Shown here piece after piece: positions 1 to 8,841 of a DNA stretch of 61,337 nucleotides (its first letter is position 1; each line of letters begins with the position of its first letter). Origin of the DNA: Bacteroidota bacterium (GTDB lineage: Bacteria; Bacteroidota; Bacteroidia; Chitinophagales; BACL12). Where the stretch lies: the NCBI GenBank assembly GCA_043727235.1, contig JAYSYX010000377.1, positions 1 through 61,337 of the forward strand, read 5' to 3'. The notes below the pieces were generated by a model. It ran no database searches and was not told the origin of the DNA. It saw only the letters and a program-made list of their open reading frames with translations. The position numbers and the translations under genes were made by a program.

Positions 1-937
1 GATCAAACACTTTTCCATTATCGGCAAAAAATCTTCCTAAACCATCTTCCGGAAGGTTGTAATAATCCTGAAATATGGTATCGGGTTGTGGCGGCATTAC
101 AATGCCATTATAGGGAAAGGTTCCAACAGGATCATTATAGGGAATAACGAAAGGCTCTTCATAAATATCCTCCAAATAATAAGATGGATAATATTTTTCC
201 GGAATATATCTTTGAGAATGTGGCCTGAAGAATCCCATTCCCAGAAAAAATGGTCTGCCACAAGTGTTTGCAGTGCTATCGGCATAAGCATTAATAAATG
301 CGATAGCAGTGTCGGCACCCATATAATCTTCCATTAAATACTCCATCGAATCAGGGATCATACCCCAATCAAAACCGCCTCCGAAAGCATAAGCACTGAA
401 ATCTTCAAGCAGAGAATCAGAATCTTCGAAAAACAGCATTTCGTTCCACGATAAAGTTCTTTCGCAGGGTGGAGTTCCTACAGTTTTATCGAAATCATTT
501 TCATTGGGATTGTGAAAAAGTTTATTTATTGCATAGGTAAAATATCCTGCGGAGTCTTTAAGCAATTGCGGAAAAGTAAAAACCTCTTCATTGTTATTTT
601 CCAATGTGAAATTGTCGCGGAATTTACTTTGGTAGTCTTCATTATTATATACTTGTGTATAAAAAAGATCTTTCCCACTGAAAAAACTTGTTCGGGAAGG
701 ACCGCATCCGGCAGCACTTGAATATGCATTTAGAAAAAGGGTTCCTTCTGAAGCCAGCTCTTTTACATTAGGCGTTTCAATTTGAGGTTGGTCGGTATAT
801 CCTTCAATATAATCATTCAGATCATCCACAACAATAAAAATAAAATTGGGTTGATCGGTTTGGGCATTGCAAATAGTAATTGAAAAAAGAAAAAGGGGGA
901 TAATCCAAAAATGATATTTAGATAGTTTTGTGTTCAT
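1..937 (-). CDS. Array member S0: IDS-like family-S1 sulfatase paralog, N-terminal 312 codons only (rest of gene lies beyond window start)
   Basis: Absent from the ORF track because it runs off the edge. My reverse-strand translation from ATG 937..935 stays open to position 1: MNTKLSKYHFWIIPLFLFSITICNAQTDQPNFIFIVVDDLNDY..SSAAGCGPSRTSFFSGKD..AINKLFH..FFLGMGFFRPHSQRYIPEKYY..PYNGIVMPPQPD. It is collinear with the N-termini of S4 and S7. Its start codon is 1 nt from the stop of S1. Confidence 0.85.
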   Translation of the reverse strand, partial: MNTKLSKYHFWIIPLFLFSITICNAQTDQPNFIFIVVDDLNDYIEGYTDQPQIETPNVKELASEGTLFLNAYSSAAGCGPSRTSFFSGKDLFYTQVYNNEDYQSKFRDNFTLENNNEEVFTFPQLLKDSAGYFTYAINKLFHNPNENDFDKTVGTPPCERTLSWNEMLFFEDSDSLLEDFSAYAFGGGFDWGMIPDSMEYLMEDYMGADTAIAFINAYADSTANTCGRPFFLGMGFFRPHSQRYIPEKYYPSYYLEDIYEEPFVIPYNDPVGTFPYNGIVMPPQPDTIFQDYYNLPEDGLGRFFADNGKVFD

Positions 938-938
938 T

Positions 939-3467
939 TCAACGCATGATAATTAGGGGTGATGAAATTGAATTTAACAGGCCTGTTACGCATAGGAGAT
1001 ATACACCATTTTCAAAATCTTCAACATTAAAATTGTAATAACTAGTGCCTATGTCTTGACCGAGATCAAAACGTTTAATTAGTTTACCATTCAGGTCATA
1101 CATATTTAAAACATTCCCAGATATGCCCGACTTAAGATAAATTGTAACATTATTATGTGCAGGATTTGGAATAATATATAATACTTCATCCTTAAAATAA
1201 TTAATGAGTGGTTTGTAAATGGTTTGTGTATAACTTAACACACAATCATTATTCCCATATTGGACATAACATGTGATGGTATAGGGTGCAGGTATATCAA
1301 AAGTAATTTCCTCCGGAATCTCATTATAAAATACACTGTCGCCATTTATCACCCACCAATAGAAATTATAGGAACCACTTATTTCAAAATCATTCACATA
1401 AGCTATTGAATCTGCCGAAAGAAGTTCAAATGAAAGAGTGGGTAGGTTATCTGGATTTAAAAAATAGTGCTCCATATCAAATGCACGAATAAAACCGGAA
1501 CCGGAAGTGGTATCAATTATTTGTAAATAGAATATAAGTTTTGAGTTTGTATTAAATATTGCAGTTGGAATTGAAGAGATCAGGAAGGATTCGCTTGTAG
1601 AATTAATAGTATCTGAAGTAAGATTGTTTGTCCAAATATACATTAATTCATCAGGTGGTAAAACGTAAGCTCCCAGGGTATCGAATAATTCGAACATTAG
1701 ATCTAAAGTATCAGAATAACTCAGAAAACAATCCATGGGATCTTTTTTAATAAATGCAGTGTACGTTTTTGCATTGAACATGGAACTATCAGGTAACCAT
1801 TGCTGTAAATAATCCACCACTGGTTTATAATCTGTGTTTTGTATAAGGTTATTCCATTCATTAGGGTCTATTTCTCTGTTAGCGCCGATTTCATATAATT
1901 CTTCTTCGAAATAACTATTTAGAGAATCGCAAATAGTTAATCCTCCTCCATTGGACTGGTACCTGATATAGTGAAATTGGTCGTTTCGAACAGAGTATTG
2001 AGGAAAACAAGCTCCTTCGGAATTTGATTCCTTTTTCACTCCGGATAGAATAGGTCGCTCCCAATGTTGTGTTGGTTCCTGTAAAAGAGGATAAAGTGTT
2101 TTTCCATCAAGATATTGAGAACCATCAATAAATGTCGGATAATCTGTTCCGATAAGATCACAAATAGTTGGAAAAAGATCGAGCAGACTTACCGTCGTAT
2201 TACACACTTGTTTATTAGGTTCTCTAAGATCTGAAATTATTAAAGGGACACGAATATCTGTTTCCCAAAGTGTTCGTTTACCCCAGTGTTTTTTTTCTCC
2301 CAAACCATACCCGTTATCTCCCAATAAGATTATAACTGTATTGTTATATATTTCTGGGTAAGTTTCCAGAGAATCAAGTAATCTTCCGATTTGAGCATCT
2401 AAATATTTTATTCCTGCAAGATAAGCCATTACACAATTTGCTCTTTTCGACCAGGCAAGTACATCAAGTGTAAGTGAATCGTCGAACGCAATATCAACAA
2501 GAGGTGTTGGTGAAAGATCTTCCGCCCATTCTATAAAATTATTGTCAGCACCTTTCACCATGCCTTGACCCATACTATCCAAGGGTAAATTATAATAATC
2601 AGAGAAGGGAATTTCGGGTTGCGGTGGCATAATTATTCCATTATACGGATATGAGTTTGCAGGAAAATGAAATGGTATATTAAATGGTTCCTCATAAAAA
2701 TCGGTTATATATTCCTCTTTAAAATATTTTTCCGGAATGTATAATGGTTTATGTGGTTTTTTTATTCCCAAAGCAATAAAAAATGGATCGCCACATGTAA
2801 TTGAATTATTCTGCGCGAATTGTTGAATAAAAGAAGTTGCAGAATCCACAGCAACATAATCCATCATGTGTTTTTCCATGGTATCGTTAATTGCAGACCA
2901 TTCATTATTAAATACACCTTGTTCCACTAATCCCGCGGCGATGGTAGCAGAATCGTTGTAAACAAATATTTTGTTCCATGACAATTCTTTTTCACAGGGT
3001 TCGGGTGTAATTGAATCATATTCCTGGTAATTTTCATAGCAGTGAAAAATTTTATTTAATCCGTAGGTAAAATATCCTATACTATCTTTCAGAAATCCCG
3101 GAATAGTAAAATACTCATCATTATTTCCGACTGCAGTAAAATTTTGTGCAAAATTATTGCATTTATAGCCTGCAGCGCTGTATATATTTGTGTAAGTTGG
3201 ATCTTTTCCGGTAAGAAAACTTGTCCTTGAAGGGCAACATAATGGTGCCGAACAAATTGCATTTGTAAATAGTGTTCCGTTGTCTGATATTCTGTTAATG
3301 TTTGGAGTGGCTGACTCCTGACTACCCTCCAATCCATCTATATAATCGTTGAGGTCGTCAACAACAATAAAAATTATATTGGGTTTTACGGCATCCTGAC
3401 AGAGTGCAAATAAATTTGCAAACCCCGCTATTAAGATTAGTAAGAAATGGTATGAATAATTTTTCAT
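939..3467 (-). CDS. Array member S1: secreted IDS-like sulfatase + beta module + degenerate PKD-like domain + T9SS C-terminal domain
   Basis: 842-aa ORF with ATG start and a signal peptide. Sulfatase landmarks: VDDLNDY, LCCPSRTSFLTGK, NKIFH, KKPHKP, GDNGYGLGEKKHWGK, LFPTICD, EELYEIG..DPNEWNNL. The PKD region is degenerate (WWVINGDS where paralogs have W-FGDG). C-terminal IIPNPAHNNVTIY..GVYLL resembles the Por/T9SS sorting domain. Confidence 0.9.
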   Translation of the reverse strand: MKNYSYHFLLILIAGFANLFALCQDAVKPNIIFIVVDDLNDYIDGLEGSQESATPNINRISDNGTLFTNAICSAPLCCPSRTSFLTGKDPTYTNIYSAAGYKCNNFAQNFTAVGNNDEYFTIPGFLKDSIGYFTYGLNKIFHCYENYQEYDSITPEPCEKELSWNKIFVYNDSATIAAGLVEQGVFNNEWSAINDTMEKHMMDYVAVDSATSFIQQFAQNNSITCGDPFFIALGIKKPHKPLYIPEKYFKEEYITDFYEEPFNIPFHFPANSYPYNGIIMPPQPEIPFSDYYNLPLDSMGQGMVKGADNNFIEWAEDLSPTPLVDIAFDDSLTLDVLAWSKRANCVMAYLAGIKYLDAQIGRLLDSLETYPEIYNNTVIILLGDNGYGLGEKKHWGKRTLWETDIRVPLIISDLREPNKQVCNTTVSLLDLFPTICDLIGTDYPTFIDGSQYLDGKTLYPLLQEPTQHWERPILSGVKKESNSEGACFPQYSVRNDQFHYIRYQSNGGGLTICDSLNSYFEEELYEIGANREIDPNEWNNLIQNTDYKPVVDYLQQWLPDSSMFNAKTYTAFIKKDPMDCFLSYSDTLDLMFELFDTLGAYVLPPDELMYIWTNNLTSDTINSTSESFLISSIPTAIFNTNSKLIFYLQIIDTTSGSGFIRAFDMEHYFLNPDNLPTLSFELLSADSIAYVNDFEISGSYNFYWWVINGDSVFYNEIPEEITFDIPAPYTITCYVQYGNNDCVLSYTQTIYKPLINYFKDEVLYIIPNPAHNNVTIYLKSGISGNVLNMYDLNGKLIKRFDLGQDIGTSYYNFNVEDFENGVYLLCVTGLLNSISSPLIIMR

Positions 3468-3473
3468 GTACGA

Positions 3474-5993
3474 TCAGTGGATTATGATAGGTGCCGAGCT
3501 TGTAAAAATAGGTGTTTTAAGTGTGATAAAATACATTCCCGGGCTCAATATTGTAAGATCGAGCTCATTGATAAGGAGTCCGTTCATATTAAAGTTATTT
3601 ATAAAATAAGTTCTTCCAGCAACATCTGAAATGATAATTTCCCCTTCCTCCACCAAGTCTTTGGTTGCAAGGTTAAATAAGCCATTAGAGGGGTTGGGAA
3701 AAATAAAAATATTGTTTTCATCTGCATAATTGTAGGAAAACGTTTCAATTTCTCTGCTATAGGATATAAAGCAAGTGTCGGAACTTCCAAAACTGACAAA
3801 ACTGCTTACTGTATATTTGCCGTATTCTTCATAGGTGTGTGAAACGGGTTCGGGCCCATAAAAGTAATTTCCGTCACCAAAATCCCACAATACAGAATTG
3901 TAATCCCCAAGAATTTCAATATTGGAAAAAGTGACCGTTGTTGATTGATAATCGGTATTTACTTCAAAAGAAATTTCAGGAAATTGGGCATTTGTTAAAT
4001 AAGCATAGATGAGATCAAATCCGGCTATCGTATTTGTTGATGTGTCTATCATATAGAAATAAAATATCACTCTTTTCGCAGTATTAAAAATCTGAATATC
4101 GTTGAATGTAAAATTTACTTCTGTTCCAAATATTGTATCGTCAGTAATATTATTTGTCCAATAATAAAAGTAACCTTCTGGAACAGTTGTAATAACTCCT
4201 GTAGTATCAAATATATCAAAAGACAGATTAATGGAGTCATTATAAACAAGATGGCAACTGGTTTGATCGATATTAATTTTTATATTAAAAGTTTTCTTAT
4301 TATAGAGCGGCTGTCCTGGAATCCATTGAGAAAGATATTTCACAACAGGCAGGTAATCGGAATTGCTAATCAGATTGTTCCACTCGTTGGGATCTTTTTC
4401 ACGATCAATTCCTATTTCGTATAATTCTTCTTCTACCACTGAATTGAGCGAATCGCAAGTTAGGTTTCCTTCAACATTATTCGAATGGTATTGTATATAG
4501 TGAAACCTTTCATCGCGAATGGAATATTGCTCATTGCAAGAAACTTGTTTACCATCTACTGCCATATAGGTTGTAAGAACAGGAGATTCATAATGAAGTG
4601 TACTGTCATAAAATACTGATACTAAACTTTTCCCTTCCAGGTATTTAGTGCTATCAGGAAATAGCGGATAAGGATTTAATGTCAGGTCACAAATTGTGGG
4701 AAACAAATCAAGTAAACTTACATTAATATTAGAGGTTTTTTGAACCGGATTTCTCATATCAACCATAATAAATGGGACTCTTATATCAGTTTCCCACAAT
4801 GTATTTTTTTTCCAGTGTTTTTTTTCATCTAAAGAATAACCGTGATCACTTGTAATGATTATTACCGAATTATTCAGAATTTCTGGGTACAAATTCAATT
4901 CGTTCCAAAAGCGCCCTAACTGTTCGTCAACAAATTTTACTGCCGCGAGATAGGCCATCGTTGCGTTTGCAATTTTAGATCTTGTCAGAATATTTGCAGT
5001 TTCTTCATTACTTAGTGAGTCGTTAATGGATATCAATAAACTTAAACTATCGCCCCAATTCTCAAATTCGTTGTGTACTCCCACCGACGCGAGATTTTTT
5101 CCAACAAATCCTAAACTCTCGTAATCGGAATAAGGGATCTCAGGTTGTGGTGACAATACAACACCATTATAGGGGTATGTATTGGCTGGTTCATTAAATG
5201 GAATATCAAAGGAGGGGTCTTCAAAATCGTCGATATAATAAGGGAGAAAATATTGTTCTGGAACAAATAATTCAAGATGTGGCTTATGGAATCCGAGTGC
5301 AAGAAAAATGGGCTTGTCACAATAATCGGAGGGATTTAAATCATATTCGTCTAAAAATTCCAAAGAAGCATCAGTAATATTATAATCCTGCATATCAGAT
5401 GTAAAAGATTCGTCGATCTTAGCCCAATCAAATTTGGGAACATCCTGGTCGAGTGAATCACCTTCACTAATTATTCCACCATCACTTCCTTTATATATAA
5501 CCTCATTCCATGATAATGAACGAGCACAATTGTCGTCTGTTGTTTCATCATAATCATTCAGATATTGATCTGCATGAAATATTTTATTCAAGGAAACGGT
5601 ATAATATCCTCCTTCATCTTTCAAATATTCGGGGAGGGTGGTAAAATATTTATCAGGTGGAAAATTTGATCTGAAATCCAATTCATTAAATTCTTCATTA
5701 TTATATACTCCGGTATAACCCGGATTCTTGCCTAATAAAAAACTTGTTCTGGATGCGGCACAAACCGGAGCAGAACAATAAGCATTTAAAAAAGTAGTTC
5801 CCAGCGATGCGATAGCATCCAAATTCGGAGTTTCAACCTGTGGATGTCCGCTCAAAGGTTCTATCCAATCGTTCAGGTCGTCAAAAATAATAAAAATAAT
5901 ATTTGGTTTTTCTGCGGTTTGAGCAAAATATATATGCGAGAATAATAAATTCCCTAATAATAGGAACAAAAGTGTATAAATTTGCTTTTTCAT
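3474..5993 (-). CDS. Array member S2: secreted IDS-like sulfatase + beta module + PKD + T9SS CTD (C-A-A-S-R active-site variant)
   Basis: 839-aa ORF with a signal peptide. Motifs: FDDLNDW, VCAASRTSFLLGK (Ala where Pro is usual; codons 5748..5762), NKIFH, HKPH, SDHGYSLDEKKHWKK, LWDFGDGNYF (PKD), IFPNPSNGLFNL..GMYFI (T9SS CTD). Confidence 0.9.
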   Translation of the reverse strand: MKKQIYTLLFLLLGNLLFSHIYFAQTAEKPNIIFIIFDDLNDWIEPLSGHPQVETPNLDAIASLGTTFLNAYCSAPVCAASRTSFLLGKNPGYTGVYNNEEFNELDFRSNFPPDKYFTTLPEYLKDEGGYYTVSLNKIFHADQYLNDYDETTDDNCARSLSWNEVIYKGSDGGIISEGDSLDQDVPKFDWAKIDESFTSDMQDYNITDASLEFLDEYDLNPSDYCDKPIFLALGFHKPHLELFVPEQYFLPYYIDDFEDPSFDIPFNEPANTYPYNGVVLSPQPEIPYSDYESLGFVGKNLASVGVHNEFENWGDSLSLLISINDSLSNEETANILTRSKIANATMAYLAAVKFVDEQLGRFWNELNLYPEILNNSVIIITSDHGYSLDEKKHWKKNTLWETDIRVPFIMVDMRNPVQKTSNINVSLLDLFPTICDLTLNPYPLFPDSTKYLEGKSLVSVFYDSTLHYESPVLTTYMAVDGKQVSCNEQYSIRDERFHYIQYHSNNVEGNLTCDSLNSVVEEELYEIGIDREKDPNEWNNLISNSDYLPVVKYLSQWIPGQPLYNKKTFNIKINIDQTSCHLVYNDSINLSFDIFDTTGVITTVPEGYFYYWTNNITDDTIFGTEVNFTFNDIQIFNTAKRVIFYFYMIDTSTNTIAGFDLIYAYLTNAQFPEISFEVNTDYQSTTVTFSNIEILGDYNSVLWDFGDGNYFYGPEPVSHTYEEYGKYTVSSFVSFGSSDTCFISYSREIETFSYNYADENNIFIFPNPSNGLFNLATKDLVEEGEIIISDVAGRTYFINNFNMNGLLINELDLTILSPGMYFITLKTPIFTSSAPIIIH

Positions 5994-6202
5994 TTCAAAA
6001 AAGGGTAATACAATATTTAGAAATTTGAAAATTTATTTAGTTGATTCAACAGACTCAACTATACCTTACTTCCTTTATTAAACATTCCGCGAAAAATTAT
6101 ATGGTTAATCGGGGAATGCTTTTAATAGCATTTTTACAGGTAAATTTACTTAAATTTAACATATTTATCCTGAATTTTCTGCGAATTGTATCTATTAGTA
6201 CA

Positions 6203-6228
6203 TGAAATGCCTATCTGAGTTAGTGAAG
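6203..6228. repeat. Conserved 26-nt box, copy 1 (tgaaatgcctatctgagttagtgaag), in the long S3-S2 spacer
   Basis: By eye, 22 of 26 nt are identical to 21825..21850, including the 8-nt tgaaatgc and 13-nt tgagttagtgaag blocks at the same spacing. The box occurs only in the two long spacers of the array. Confidence 0.6.
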
Positions 6229-6285
6229 CATTAATATCGGATCCCTGCAAATTGGGACGGTATTGTTCATTTATTAAAAAAAATC

Positions 6286-8793
6286 CTAATGTATTATTTC
6301 AAATGTCATAACATGGCTTGATTGTCTGGTAATAATTTGAAGATAATACTGACCATTCGGCCAAAACTCCGTAACTATTGAAAAATTGGCATTATTGAGC
6401 ATCGATTTTTTGTATAAAGTTTGGCCTTGCAAATTCAATATTCGAATTCCTTCAGGAATCTCATTTCCTGTAAAATCAACATAAATTTGTTGGTTTGCCG
6501 GGTTTGGATAGATATTACAATAATATTCGATATCCTCAAAAACTAATGCTGAAGTAGTAACCATGTGTTTCTTAAAACAGGAGTAATTGTTTCCAAAATT
6601 AACTGTGCAGTTAATTGTAAATGGTCCCGAATTTGTATAGGTATGTGGTGCAGGGAAGGGCCCGGTTGAGGAAGTACCATCTCCAAATTCCCAAAGTATC
6701 GAATTGTAATTTCCTGTAATATTAATATCTTCAAAACTCACGGTTAAACTATCTTGCAGAATAGAAAATGAAACTGTAGGTTCATTTTCTTCATTGATAT
6801 AAAATCTTTTTGTTGCCAATCCTACAACTAAATTATTCAGTGTGTCGATCATTTGTAACACAAAGAAAACATCTCCTTTCATGCTAAAAACATCATCTGA
6901 AATGAGTGAGAGCGGAAAACTTATAAAATTGCCATAAAATAGATCGTTTGTTAAATCGTTGCTCCAGGTATAAATAAAATTTTCAGGAGCCGGAATCAAA
7001 TTACCGATGGTATCATAAACATTAAAAAATAGTTGCAAGGTATCATCCTCCTCCAGCAAACACGCCAAAGTATTATTTTGAATTTCTAGGGAATATGGAA
7101 CTTCTAGATACATTCCGCTATCAGGTAACCATTGTCCTAAATAATCTTTTACAAGTTGATATGAACTATCATTTACAAGATTATTCCATTCATTTGGATC
7201 GGTTTGAAAATTTTCCCCTATTTCATATAATTCTTCTTCCTTCCATGCCAATGCTTTATTACATTCTAATATAGTATCCATATTATTGGAGGTATAATAA
7301 ATATAATGATATGCGTTATTTCGAATAGAATATTGTGGGAAACATGAACACTGGGCAGACGCCGTTAAGAGATGTGATGCGAGAGACGGTTTATCGATAT
7401 GCACCGCAGGGTTATTAAGCAGAGGCATTAGAGATTTTCCATCAAGATAGCCGGATCCATCAGCAAAAGTAGGATAGGGAATCTCGGTAAGATCACAAAT
7501 AGTTGGAAAAAGATCCAGTAAACTCACCGCTGAAAATGTTGATTGCGAGATAGGGTTGCGCATATCGGCAATAATAAAAGGCACCCGTAAATTATCCTCC
7601 CACATGGTTCCTTTATTCCAGTGTCTTTTTTCCCCTAAAGAAAATCCGTGGTCACTTACAAATATCAAGATTGAATTATTAAATATTTCAGGATAAGTCT
7701 GAAGTGAATCAATAAATCGTTTTACCTGTGCATCCACAAAGGAAATTGCTGCAAGATATCCGATAGTTGCATGTGCCTTTAATGATGTGTGCATTATTTC
7801 CAATCTTTCCTCCTCACTAAGTAATGGATCAAATTCGGGTAAGGGTGAATATCCATCAACTTCGCCATCAAAGCCATAATAATAATTTTCGAAATCGGAA
7901 AATGATTGACCAAGCGTTCCAAGTTTATTATAATCATTATAAATTGTATCCGGCTGTGGTGGCATTACTACACCGTTATAGGGTATCTGGTTTTCCGGAT
8001 TATTGTAAGGATAATTAAATGGTTCGGCATAAAAATCCGATACATAATCGGAGGTGAAATATTTTTCCGGAACATACCAGGGTAGGTGAGGTCTTCTGAG
8101 CCCTATAGTGATAAAAAGCGGGTTACCGCAAGTATTAATTGTTTCATTATGAAACTGATCAATAATAGTTAATGCGGTGTCGATTGCCCTGTGATCATAT
8201 AATTTATATTCAAGACTGTCGGCAATTCGACACCATGCTAATCCACTCATACCTTCATTATTTGCATTGCCATAACTCACAATAGAGGAATCTTCTTCTT
8301 TATTAAACCAGCTGTATTTGCTCCAGGATAATTCTTTGGCACAGGGATCTGCATGTATGGAATCAAAATCAGAATCAGTAGAGAAACAATGAAATATCTT
8401 ATTAATACCATATGTAAAATACCCATAATTTTTTAAATGTTCGGGTATTGTAAATATCTCTTCATTATTGTTGGCGGGACTAAAATAATCTCTGAAGGGT
8501 AAACAGGCAGGATTATAATAAATATCGGTGTATAAAAGATCTTTACCCGTGATCATACTTGTTCTGGATGGCGCACATTTAGGACAGGAGGTATGTGCAT
8601 TCAGAAAAGAAGTTCCCATGGAGGCTATCTCATTCATACCCGGAATAGAAACTTGAGGATGTCCATTCACATCTAGAGGGTAGTCATTCATATCATCAGT
8701 TAAAATGAGAAAAATATGGGGTTTATCTGCTACCTGACCAATTGCAATTACCCTGAATAAATAAAATAAGAAAAGGGGAATTATAAATTTCAT
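6286..8793 (-). CDS. Array member S3: secreted IDS-like sulfatase + beta module + PKD + T9SS CTD
   Basis: 835-aa ORF with a signal peptide. Motifs: TDDMNDY, PKCAPSRTSMITGK, NKIFH, RRPH, SDHGFSLGEKRHWNK, LWEFGDGTSS, IYPNPANQQIYV..GQYYL. Confidence 0.9.
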   Translation of the reverse strand: MKFIIPLFLFYLFRVIAIGQVADKPHIFLILTDDMNDYPLDVNGHPQVSIPGMNEIASMGTSFLNAHTSCPKCAPSRTSMITGKDLLYTDIYYNPACLPFRDYFSPANNNEEIFTIPEHLKNYGYFTYGINKIFHCFSTDSDFDSIHADPCAKELSWSKYSWFNKEEDSSIVSYGNANNEGMSGLAWCRIADSLEYKLYDHRAIDTALTIIDQFHNETINTCGNPLFITIGLRRPHLPWYVPEKYFTSDYVSDFYAEPFNYPYNNPENQIPYNGVVMPPQPDTIYNDYNKLGTLGQSFSDFENYYYGFDGEVDGYSPLPEFDPLLSEEERLEIMHTSLKAHATIGYLAAISFVDAQVKRFIDSLQTYPEIFNNSILIFVSDHGFSLGEKRHWNKGTMWEDNLRVPFIIADMRNPISQSTFSAVSLLDLFPTICDLTEIPYPTFADGSGYLDGKSLMPLLNNPAVHIDKPSLASHLLTASAQCSCFPQYSIRNNAYHYIYYTSNNMDTILECNKALAWKEEELYEIGENFQTDPNEWNNLVNDSSYQLVKDYLGQWLPDSGMYLEVPYSLEIQNNTLACLLEEDDTLQLFFNVYDTIGNLIPAPENFIYTWSNDLTNDLFYGNFISFPLSLISDDVFSMKGDVFFVLQMIDTLNNLVVGLATKRFYINEENEPTVSFSILQDSLTVSFEDINITGNYNSILWEFGDGTSSTGPFPAPHTYTNSGPFTINCTVNFGNNYSCFKKHMVTTSALVFEDIEYYCNIYPNPANQQIYVDFTGNEIPEGIRILNLQGQTLYKKSMLNNANFSIVTEFWPNGQYYLQIITRQSSHVMTFEIIH

Positions 8794-8841
8794 TAAATAT
8801 CAATTGTATGGGTTAATTGATAATGTGTGTTATATTGTTTT

